Assembly: GCA_054600435.1 (NCBI GenBank)
Contig: BAAIJX010000010.1
Coordinates: 496,001-560,000 of the forward strand
Direction: 5' to 3'
From: Neophaeotheca triangularis
Lineage: Eukaryota
DNA: 64,000 bases
Shown here: positions 49,476 to 59,711 of the stretch, piece by piece
How positions within the stretch are numbered: the first letter of the stretch is position 1
Layout of the letters: each line of letters opens with the position of its first letter
Program-made: the position numbers and the translations under genes
Notes under the pieces: generated by a model
What the model was told of the DNA's origin: nothing
The model's database searches: none
Seen by the model: the letters and a program-made list of their open reading frames with translations, nothing else

Positions 49476-50297
49476 TCAGATCTCTTCCACATCCACAAAT
49501 CCCTCGCCAGCAGGCCTCGTCAGCGAGAAAGCGAGACTTGGCTCGCCATGAGGCGCATTCTTGTGCATCCACAGGCGATACCCTTGCCGGAACGCCTCGT
49601 TCACATAGCGTTGCAACCTGTGCCATCGAGCGAAGCATAGATCCATGCCAACCGTCTTACCCGTGGTGCCCAACGCTGTCCGGTCTGACGCTCGACACCA
49701 GTCGTAGCGAAGCCAATCACGCCAGGCGATAGCGCTAAGGTCTACACCTGCTTCGTAAAGGTCGACGTAATCGTACCAAACGTCAAGTATCTCTCTCCGG
49801 GTGAAAATCTCTTTGTCGTCGTGCTTGAGGAAGGCAGGAGGGTCGAGACAGTGAGGAGGGATAAGCGGTAGCGATAGTCTTTCGTATCCATAGTTGGCCA
49901 AGTGAGTGAAAAGGCTTGGAACGGAATGCGGGTTGGGGAGTTCGTATCGCAGACCCAACCGTTTCACGGCCAGGCCGCGAGTGGCCATGTGTCGTAGCCA
50001 CATGAGCTGCGGCTCAGAAATCCTCGGATTCACGATCAGCACAAAGCGAGTCCGCCTGTAAAATAATGGCTCGGCTTCGTCGCGTATGGTTTGATTGGTG
50101 AGAAGTAGAGGATGCATCTCGAATGCCCAGGGATTCTGGCGGCCGATGAGCACAGGCGGGTGCTTCCCAGTGACTTGTTCACGATCGACAAGCATGAAGT
50201 CTTTAAAGACTTGCTCGTAGATGAGGAGGCGAACGTCTTTGGGCAAGGTGTCGAGGAAGTTGTAGGTCGGATCCTTGAAGCCGAGAGAGGCAGCCAT
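49476..50297 (-). CDS. F-box-like (2EXR/DUF7730-type) hypothetical protein, 273 aa
   Basis: FLDTLPKDVRLLIYEQVF ... PLLLTNQTIRDEAEPLFY ... WLR motifs. Confidence 0.8.
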   Translation of the reverse strand: MAASLGFKDPTYNFLDTLPKDVRLLIYEQVFKDFMLVDREQVTGKHPPVLIGRQNPWAFEMHPLLLTNQTIRDEAEPLFYRRTRFVLIVNPRISEPQLMWLRHMATRGLAVKRLGLRYELPNPHSVPSLFTHLANYGYERLSLPLIPPHCLDPPAFLKHDDKEIFTRREILDVWYDYVDLYEAGVDLSAIAWRDWLRYDWCRASDRTALGTTGKTVGMDLCFARWHRLQRYVNEAFRQGYRLWMHKNAPHGEPSLAFSLTRPAGEGFVDVEEI

Positions 50298-50881
50298 GGC
50301 GGATTCGAGTCGTTGATTGTAGATTGTGTTGACAAGGTGTGGATGGATCCTGCTTTTTGACCACCGAAGCAGAGCAGTTTAGGCTGGAGAGTGAAGGCAT
50401 GATTAGCGACGAATCAAGGCGAACGGCGTGGCCGCTGCGAGATTATTAAAGTACTGGTAGCGATGGAGTAGTGTAGCCAGATGAAAGTCTTGCGCTGCGA
50501 CAGGAACGCGAATGCAGGTGATATGCGCTTTCAATCGATAGTGCGTGCGCACGAGGAAGGTGTTGATCTTTGTTTGGCGACGAAGGTGTTGGAAGGGAAG
50601 CTGATGAGAGATGTGAGGTGAGGAAGTCAGAAAAGTCTCTCGGTTGTTTTGGTGCTTGTGGGCGATCTCATAACATCGCTTGGCGCCATCTTCCACTTCA
50701 CTTCACATTGGGACAGCGCTAGCGTGGCTAGCGTTTGCTGGGCCCAAGCTCCGGGAAGCTCGTCGTTTGCATGTCCAACACCCTCGATTTGGTGCCACTT
50801 CAACAAGCCAACGACACTTTCTTATGCTACTCACGCTCCTCACCATCTACAGACAAAACTAACTCGATCAACTCTTACAAA

Positions 50882-51622
50882 ATGTGTGGCATTATCCAGC
50901 TCTTTCGCCTTAAAGGCCGCAAACGCAACAAAACCAACACCGGCAACCCTCCGTCCGAGCCAGAAGCATCGACGACATCACCAGTTCCCACCACAACCAT
51001 ACCAGAACCGGAAGAAGCTGAAGACACGAACCCCCTTTTCCTCCGCAAACTCCCCGCCGAGCTCCGCCTTCTAATCTACGAACTCGCCTTCCAAAACGAG
51101 ACCGATCACGGTGTCTTCCACCACGAAACCGCTACTTTCAAAGAACCAGCCCTCCTCCGCACCTGCACGCAAATCCGCAATGAAGCCGAACCCCTCTTCT
51201 ACAAAGCCATCACACACTCGCTCGTCTTCGCCCGGAGCCCCGAATGCCGCCAACGCCGACGAAGCTGGATGCGCAGCGTAGGCGCCCGCCGCGCAGCTCT
51301 CATCGGAAGCCTCCAGCTCTACGTCTCGCCCGATGCTGTGCTGTCGATGCTGTTGGATATGTCGACCTCGTTTCAACGCCTGACGACTGGACGTGAACTC
51401 TGTGAGGTGGATTTGCTGTTTTGTCGCCAGCTTCTGGATGAGCTTGCGGAAGCGGGTTTCGATGTCGAACGTTTAACTTTCGTGCCGTATCTTGCGGTTG
51501 AGAAGCGTACGCCGGGGGATGAGAGGAGGTTTGAGGCGTGGAAGGGGAACATGTTGGAGGCGAGGGCGTGGCGTAGACATGAGGTGAGGTTTATGGAGAT
51601 GATTTATGCCAGTAGCAAGTGA
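50882..51622 (+). CDS. F-box-like (2EXR/DUF7730-type) hypothetical protein, about 246 aa
   Basis: FLRKLPAELRLLIYELAF ... EPALLRTCTQIRNEAEPLFY ... WMRSVG motifs; ATG at 50882. Confidence 0.8.
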   Translation: MCGIIQLFRLKGRKRNKTNTGNPPSEPEASTTSPVPTTTIPEPEEAEDTNPLFLRKLPAELRLLIYELAFQNETDHGVFHHETATFKEPALLRTCTQIRNEAEPLFYKAITHSLVFARSPECRQRRRSWMRSVGARRAALIGSLQLYVSPDAVLSMLLDMSTSFQRLTTGRELCEVDLLFCRQLLDELAEAGFDVERLTFVPYLAVEKRTPGDERRFEAWKGNMLEARAWRRHEVRFMEMIYASSK

Positions 51623-51660
51623 GAGGCACGGCTGAAGATGGCTGATGGGGTGTGGCCTGG

Positions 51661-52869
51661 CTAGAGGGTTGCGCGGATCGTTAATCTCTTGCGACGGAAT
51701 GTAGCCAGAAATCCTGCTTCAATGGTAGCGACACGTATGTTTGGCAGCATTTCTTCGTTGGGGATAGAGACCATACGATACTCTGAAACAGTATCATCGA
51801 TTTTGCGTAAGAAGATGCCCACGGATTGCTCAGGGCATTCTTGGACACCAAAACCGAGGAAAGCGGTAACTATACCGTCGAGCTCTGTACTTAGCAGCAT
51901 GTAGCCGATCAATCCTGCGCTCGACAGTGACAGCTCGGGCCCTCCGGACTGAAGTGGTCTCGGCTCAATCCAACCCTTGCCGAGAAAGTCGGTAGGCGAG
52001 GTGGCAAACAGCTCGCTGGTGTCTCTTGAGGGCTGCCAAGCGAGTACGGAAAGGTCGCCTTTCATCAAAATCTTTTGCTGCAAACGTCGGAAGGCTTGTG
52101 CACCCTCGCCGTAATTGGCAGAGAAGGAGACGTCGCAAATCCCGAAGAGTGAGTAGGTCATGTCTTCAAGCCTGGTCGTCGTCCGTTCAGCCATCCACGA
52201 TATCTTTTGCGCAGCGCTGTACTCCTTCAATGGCTTTTGATGGTTTAGAGCTTCGACCGGGACCTTGGTGGTGAAAGAGACATAACTTGCCACGTCTCCA
52301 AGTGAGCACAGCTCGCACCAATCGCTCCCAAAAAAGATGATCCGCGGAGATGCTAGCAACTCCTGCAAGGTCCATCCACGAGTAAACCAGCGACTGTCTT
52401 GGAAAGCCGACAACGTCTTTTGTAAAGATGAGCCAGGAACAACCTGCTGGATGTCGGCGTCCGCGAGTTGCAACTTGACGTTGGCACGCACGTCTCGCAT
52501 GTAGACGTAGCATATCGAGGCAGATTTGTACCACTTGAACATGGATGTGATAGATTCCGCCAGCTCTGCATTGTTACTTTTGTTGATGCAGCAAGTGTCG
52601 ACCCAGAGATAGTTGAGCCCGTCTCGGAGTGCTTGTAAGCAAGCACCTTGAATCTTTGCATACCCCTCTTTGTGAATAGCCGGTCGTCTTCTCAATTCTC
52701 GATAAGAGACTTCAGCCCCTTCCCAAGTATGTGATAAAATGGCGTAGCTTGGACCGGGTGCGCTGAAGGACTCGAGCTGGAGTGTCTTCACATTGATGAG
52801 ATGAAGGGGAGGGTTCTCGCAGCCGCCAGTCTCGATGGGGAAGGGTGCGTCGTCAGAATCTGAAGACAT
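51661..52869 (-). CDS. HET-domain (heterokaryon incompatibility) protein, no NACHT or WD40 region
   Basis: YAILSHTW, YLWVDTCCINKS..AEL.E.I.SMF.WY, SRWFTRGWTLQELLA and TTR.ED..Y.L.GI motifs. Confidence 0.92.
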   Translation of the reverse strand: MSSDSDDAPFPIETGGCENPPLHLINVKTLQLESFSAPGPSYAILSHTWEGAEVSYRELRRRPAIHKEGYAKIQGACLQALRDGLNYLWVDTCCINKSNNAELAESITSMFKWYKSASICYVYMRDVRANVKLQLADADIQQVVPGSSLQKTLSAFQDSRWFTRGWTLQELLASPRIIFFGSDWCELCSLGDVASYVSFTTKVPVEALNHQKPLKEYSAAQKISWMAERTTTRLEDMTYSLFGICDVSFSANYGEGAQAFRRLQQKILMKGDLSVLAWQPSRDTSELFATSPTDFLGKGWIEPRPLQSGGPELSLSSAGLIGYMLLSTELDGIVTAFLGFGVQECPEQSVGIFLRKIDDTVSEYRMVSIPNEEMLPNIRVATIEAGFLATFRRKRLTIRATL

Positions 52870-53556
52870 ATTCGAGCCGCTTTCGTTTTATTCTGATAGT
52901 ATCGAGGAGCGGAGATGACGTCGAGGAAACTTCGAGTTTCGAAAGACAGACAAATCTGATAATTGACGGGGCGAAGATTGGAAACGATGCTGAGAACGAA
53001 AGAGAATACGAGGCAATAGCTTCCCGATGAGTAGCAAGGCTGAGCACGACAGGCAGGCATGTGCAATAGCATACTGCGCCTCAATATATCAGTGGCGCGA
53101 GCTGATTTCTTGCGCAGCTTCCCCCACTTCGAAGGATTGGACCACGATGGTGATGTGCTGCGCGCAGTGGTACGAGCGAGCTTTATTGGCTCTCTGTCGC
53201 GAACCCATTTAAGCGATCCCGGCGGTGGAAAGCTGAAGAGCGCCAGGGTGCGCTTTCACAGCGGTCGAGCTCGTGGATCATGCAAGTGGCTTCGCAAAAC
53301 TTCCCGAGCGAGACACTGTTATGCCGAGAGCCGATCCAGAAGTAGGATCAAGCTCGCGGCTGTAAGATAGCAGCCAGGTCAGCCGGCGGAGCACTTTCGT
53401 TGGTGAACGGTTGGATCCGATGCCCAAGCAAGTGTCTTAAGTTGTCCAGAGCGACAAGAAGACCTGACGACAGGTTGCCTGGAAACGCCGAGAGGCTTCG
53501 TAGAACGTATCGTGAATACCGCAACTACCATACCCATCATGGCTGTCTCATCTCCA

Positions 53557-55317
53557 TCATGCATACGCCAAAGTACAATCCTCAGCAATCCTCCACCCCT
53601 TTTCCCTGGGTAATCTAACCTCACCCCCACTCACCGAAGCGCCCTTAACAACCAAGACCTCACCCTCAGGCTCAATCTGCCCTAACTTCTCGTCCTGCTG
53701 ATGAAGAAGCTTAACCTCCACACAACTAAGCGGAACACCAAAATGCGAATGTTCATCACCATCTTTCTTTCGGTAATCGAAAATATTACTCTGCGCTACA
53801 GCGCCCGCGACATCGGGAGCAGTGAGAGCGTAGCAGATCCTGCTTCCGGTAAAGATGCGGAGGTCGGAAAGCATTCCAGAAGACAGCGCCGGGGTGTCGG
53901 AGCCGAAGCGCTCGGAGGTGAGGAGTAAGCGCAGAGTGCCGGGTTTGTTACCGCTGGCGGAGGGGGCGGGCGCGAGGAAGGAGAAGAGGAAATTGTTGCT
54001 CGGCATGCGGCCGGAGGACATTGCTTGCTCATGGGTAAATTTGCCGAGTTTTTGGACTGGGTTGGCGAGGGAGGCGGTCTCGACGCGGTGAACTTCTGCG
54101 AGAGTTTCGGCTGAGGCTATAATGACGGTTGGTTGAATGCCGCGGGTTAAGATTTTGAGGGGGACGCCGGGGGCTGCTACGCTATTGATAGCGAGGGAGG
54201 CGTGGCTGTAGAGGGCGGCGAGGGTGTTACAGAGTACGTAGCTTAGGCTGAAGCTTGAGGCGGGGAGGACTAGGTCGGCGGGAGTCAGGCGTTGACGGAG
54301 GGGAACGGTTGAGATGAGGGCTGCTGTGGCCGAGACGATGTTGCGGTGGGTGAAGGTTGTAATGGTGGGTTTGATGGCGAGATTGGTGGGTTGGGTGGCG
54401 ATAATGACGTCTTGGGGTTTGTCGCCGGTCTCGTTATCTGGGAGGTCGGAGCTCACGTTGGGAATGCCATCCTCGATTATGTCATGCCATACTCCAACCG
54501 CGGGTCGGCCGCCTTCAGGAGATCCGTTCCAATCCATGTGCTTGCCAGCAGGTTCGACGACCCAAATGAGCGTCTTGACGCTGCTGCACTCTTTTGGGAT
54601 ATCGTCCAGTGGGACGTTACCAGCTGCTGCGATCAAGCTGTCGGCACCGGTAGTGTTTAGAAGTTCGTAGATTTTTGGGTGTGGTTGGTTGTACGGCAAG
54701 AGGATCGGGGTGAGTCCGTAGAATGCGCATGCTGGGACTTGTTAGTAATGGGTTGGCAATACGCATCTGCCATGGAACTCACCAAAGATGGTCAAGAGGA
54801 ACTCGACGCTGTTCGGCAAGTAGATCGCAACCTTCCTGACACCCTTGCTCTTGAGATGACTTCCCATGACGGCAATTTGCTTGCTCAGCTGCGCAATATC
54901 ATGCTCCACGATCTGCTCTTTGCCCAGCACAGTCATGATCACGCCCGCCGAGATTTTCTGTCCATCCTGACCCGTAGTTCCACCTCGCTGCACGACCCTC
55001 CAAATATCTCTCAGATCGCCATCCTTGCCGGAAGCCCACCTTGGTGCGCCGGGCTCTTTGACGTTCAAGCCGCTCTTCAACGGAAAGCTAAGCCCAACCT
55101 CGGGGGACCTGTACACAGCAGATTCATTCTTCTGCCTCACCAAGCTGGCTGTCGCTTGTCGGGCTAGTAGCAGAGGGTGCGTATCCGGCTCATCCTGGAA
55201 AAAGATGGGGTAGACGAGGAATGTGACAAGAACTATCGCAAGAAGAGTAGTGTAGAGGTTCCAGTCAGATACGAGATCAGCAATCTGGGCATCCAACCGC
55301 TCAATCCAATTCGCCAT
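53557..55317 (-). CDS. AMP-binding / acyl-CoA synthetase-like protein with N-terminal membrane anchor, one intron (about 54734-54782)
   Basis: N-terminal hydrophobic helix; PDTHPLLLARQ, ESAVYRS, VAIYLPNSVE, FTHRNIVSA and HFGVPLSCVE motifs. Confidence 0.85.
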
Positions 55318-55664
55318 GTTGAGTTGTGTTGGTCTTCAGAACATTGCAGATATGTGAAGTCTTCCCGTTTCACCAAGCGAAGCTGACAGCTTTGGGCGAC
55401 GACTGCCAGGTGACGTCGCAGCAAGCTCGATAAGGTTACGGCACATCCTTATCTACAGCCGAGCCGAGCTAAAGCCGGTGCCTGGCGGCGAGACACGCTA
55501 GTCGCGTCAAAGTCAACATCACCTCCTTCTACGCCTAGCAACGACTCTTCACATGCGCTGAAGATTACAGTAAAGGCCCGGACGGCGGCAGACACAACCA
55601 TACTAACCATAGCAGCATACAACCGGAACCTGGCATCCCCCGAGTGCCTTTCAGGATCTTCGCC

Positions 55665-56726
55665 ATGACTTCCACCGCCATCATGCCCGCCGGCGCATCC
55701 ACTGTAGCGCGAACAGCACAGGCGGCGCCCGCAGCAGTCCGGAACACCAGTCTCACTCCGGTCAAGCAAGCCTTCTCCAGCTCCAGACAGCAACCGGTAT
55801 CTCAACAAAGCACACCCCAAAGCGCCCAGCAAACACCGCAACAAACACCTCAGCAGCGGCGCGCATCTCCAGCAGTATCAACACCGGGCCAGTGGCAGCA
55901 CCCGCGAATGGAGGAAGTTCTACGGCGCCAAAATGCCACCACCTTCAGCAAAACCAATGTATTCCACATCACATATTGCGTTTGCGCCCTCCTGCTCTCG
56001 GTGATCATCCCTCACTTCGCAAGCAAAGCGTAAGAACCATGCCCTGTGCTCCTACCATGACCAAACCCACTAACACCCCGCAGCATCCCCGCTTCACTCA
56101 CCAACTATGCTGGACACTGGCCCCAATACGTCCTCCTCTTCGTCCGCGCCGTCATCACAGGTAGCGCTCTGTTACACCTCAAACCTCTTCTCCTCTCCAA
56201 AGACGCATGCGAAGACATCCCCCTCACCCCCTCCCAACGCCACATGCTTGGCCTTCCACCCAGCAAGCGACCCGAAACCGCCGCCGACCAAGCGAACTAC
56301 ATAACCCCACCGCGCTACAGCCGCTCCAGCACCCCGCGCTCCACCAACTCCCTCCGCGCCCACACCTCCGGGTCACCGCTCACCGGCTCCCCCGCAGACT
56401 TCGGCAGCAGCCAGCAACGCCCTAGCAACGGCTCGCCATACTCTCCCTCCCCCCTCGCGACCAAGAGCTATGAAAGCGGCTTCGCGAGCCGGCGTGAGAG
56501 CGTGGGAGGTCTGGGCACGACGAGGCGGCTCAGCTACGGTGGCAGTCCGCGCGGCAGTCCGAGCAGTCTGAATTTGAGTGAATTCGAGGCGGCGGGGAAT
56601 ATAGGCAGTCCGAGCAAGGGGAACAAGGCCAGCGTGGGGTTGAATAGCAAGTGGCTGTACGAGAAAGGGAGGCGCAGCCCGAGTGGGAATTTCAACGTTT
56701 CAAGGGGGCCGACCATGTTCACCTGA
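55665..56726 (+). CDS. pom34: Nuclear pore membrane protein Pom34-like (NPCC), intron 56030-56083
   Basis: TPGQWQHPRMEEV.RRQNATTF, two hydrophobic segments, DIPLTPSQR..LGL, and SVGLNSKWLYEKGR. Confidence 0.8.
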
Positions 56727-57619
56727 GGGCTTGAGAGTGGGAGAGTGAGGATTTTTAATTTGAGCGTGGCGTTTGGGGGCTTTCTGATCCTGCGGTGTGA
56801 TTGCATAGTGCGCAGCGCTGTAGAGTTCCACTCCAGAAAGAGCAGGGAACTCAAAGGGGTACGGCCTCAGTACCTGACCAGCCATGGCTGCTGTGGCAGT
56901 GTTCGTAGCATGCATGTATCTGCCCCAGATAGACGAGCACGGTTCCATTCATAATCGTCCTTCAGCTAGTATTTCGATCGTGAATATTGCTACCGCAGTA
57001 CGACCACCCAGACTTCCAGCCCCCGTGACAAGGCTCAGGACCATCAGAGCAACAACAGCAACGCGAGCAGGCAGACAGCGTGGCCTTTAAAATCCACACC
57101 GCCACTAAAGTCCAGATTTCCAATTGCAAGCCGGTCAAGAAGAGCCCTCTACCGGAGAGCAGGATGGTGGCCCCCAGCCCTCCTTCGCCCCCCTCCCCCG
57201 AGTCCCCCTGAGTATCAGTCATGGCACTGACAACAAAGCCCTGTCGTGTTGCTGATGGATCAGGTGCGGAATCACATGTTCTGACCTGGTCTCGATCATC
57301 CTATGCTCGTCAACACAACGTCTTGCTGCTGAAAGTTGTGACTGACACTCGGCGAGTACTGTGAAAGCCAACTAGAGTACAATATTCGTTTGGTGCTGTC
57401 ACGGCGTTCCGCTGTGCTCGACAGATACGTAGCAAGGTCCTGGTGTGCTATTTATAGCGGTACCTTGTTAGCTGCTACTAGATAGGCCCACCAGGTCAAA
57501 GGACCCGAACAGTAACAGCTAGACTGTCACTTTCCATACGTCCACGCAACGTCTTGGAACAATCTTCCATCTTCCAGCCATTGCTAGCTGCGAACATAAA
57601 AGACGCAACATCCCCAACA

Positions 57620-58929
57620 ATGCCGCCAAACCCAACTCACCCTGCAGTGCCCACAACGCCTACAACGTCAAAACCACCGATAACACCCGCCACCCCCAAA
57701 CCCACCAAGCCCCGCCATCAGTCCCAAACACCTCCAGGCCTCCACCCCATCCTCAACATAAGCCGCGCACAGCTCCTACTCGGCCCTTCAACTCTAACGA
57801 ATTGCAAAGCAGAGACAGACGAGATGGAAGAGTATTACTCAGCTTTGCACACGCCTGTCAACGAAACAGGAGATCATGGGATTGCGCGAATGATTGAGGA
57901 GGGTTGGCGATGTGAGCGTAAAAGGGCTGCTTTGAGAGCCGATGAGGTTGGTGTTGAGGGTCGTGGCGAGGGGAGTCGAGATCATCGGAAAGGGGGCGAA
58001 TTAAGAGCCATACGGAAAGTGAGCAGAGAAATGCGCATCGAGAAGATTGTCGACTCCGGGCTGGATACTCCAGCTCGCGGCACGGAAAATGTAAACGTCG
58101 CCGCTTCGGAGGCTCTGGTGGGCTTGGTTGGTGAGTTGGAGGAGCTGAGCGTGGAAGTCCACAACTCCGCCAGCGAGAGCACACGAGCCATCGCGGTCCT
58201 GGACGATGCTTTGGCAACGGCGAGAGGTCTGCAGCACGGCTTCTCCACCCGTTGTGGTCTTGGCGTTTTGAAGTCTATGTCGCTCGCATCTCGGGAAGAG
58301 GACTTCGTCGGCAAACCAAGCAAGCCGCTTGATGCGAGGTCAGCCAGAAAAGACGGACAGCAAGCGAGGCTTAGAGGCGACGATGGAAAGACAGCCGATG
58401 TCACCGGGAAAGGGTGCGGGCCTTTTTTAACGTTGTTTGACAGTACCTCGAAGCCATCCTCTCCTCCTGACAGATTCGATCAAGACACCGATAGCGAAAG
58501 AACCGTGAAGCAAAGCCATCACACCCACCGACGCATAATACCAGTCCACATGCCATCGCCCTCGCTTAGTATCCTGGGCTCGAACGAAGGCCCAGGCGAC
58601 TCAGATGCAGACTCAGAATCCGACTGGGAGCCCGACAATGTGTAAGTGTGATTGATGCATGCAGCGTCTCCCAGGCAGTGGCTGTCGGCAGAAAAGCTAA
58701 CCAATCTTGCAGTGTCGTCCCTGCCCTCGCTAAAGCTTTTGAAGACGCCAATATCTTGGCTCCTAGATTGCCTCGGTGGAAGAGGTGGGAAGAGGTCGCC
58801 GAGAAGCGCATCGTACGGCTGTTTGTTGACATCGTATTTGATTGGGTGGTTCTGCTCATCGTTGGTACGATGTCTTACGGCCTCAGGTGGTTTGGCAGAG
58901 GCTCGACGAAACAGGACGACGGCGCTTGA
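57620..58929 (+). CDS. Hypothetical protein with a C-terminal hydrophobic segment (possibly tail-anchored), intron 58642-58712
   Basis: Long ORF plus a GTAAGT..GCTAAC..CAG intron that joins in frame to LFVDIVFDWVVLLIVGTMSYGL. Confidence 0.6.
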
Positions 58930-59711
58930 CTTGAGGTAACCCTCGTATCATCGAGTCAGCAACAGGAAGTGTAGTGACATGTTCTAGAACAAACTTGGAC
59001 TTTAGAGACGGCATCAACTTCGAAAGAGTTCCGTTGGTTAGAAAGCTTTTGTAACTCGAGTCAGAAGGTGGGAATTGCAACCCTCCTCCTTTGGACGACA
59101 GTCGCAAGGGATCTGCAAGAGATTGTTTGCTCGATTTCGTTGCTTCGTGTTTTGTGCTTGTTGATAGCTGCCCAAGCCGCCAACTGGTATCTCAGCATTC
59201 TCTCTCGGCAAAGGGACGAATTAGAATCCTATCAAGGCATTGAGAACTTGAGAGTGAAGGGAGAACTCGCTTTAGTATTATCAGGAGCCCAAAGGGAGCA
59301 GCAGTCGCGGACGGTCGACTCTCGATTCTCGAAGACGAGTCAAGGGTCCCAGCAAGCGGGACTAAAACGTTTGGTGCCTTGCGCACTTGGCGTAGAGTCC
59401 CTAAACCCGAAGCCGGTCTCGGAGCATCTCCTCGCTGTAGTTTTGTATGAGTGGGATTCTAGATTGTTTCGACGAATGAGAAGCTCCTACATAATGATAA
59501 AGCCTTTTTCCTCCAATCTAGAAACAATCTCTCTCAAAGTACGCCGCTCGTACATGGCCGTGATGGTTGACCTGAGGTCTCCCCATTCCTGCGTAGAAGG
59601 TCTTCCGCTAATGGGAACGGCATGAGCTCGCATTGTGACGAACGATTCGCCTACAACGTTTTCGTCGCCCTCGGCGAGCTAGATGTACTCTCTGTAGTCT
59701 TGTCAGCCGAC

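Noticed and set aside
59068..59625. 185-aa ORF
   Set aside because: Non-ATG start, no recognisable motif, and it lies between two convergent 3' ends.
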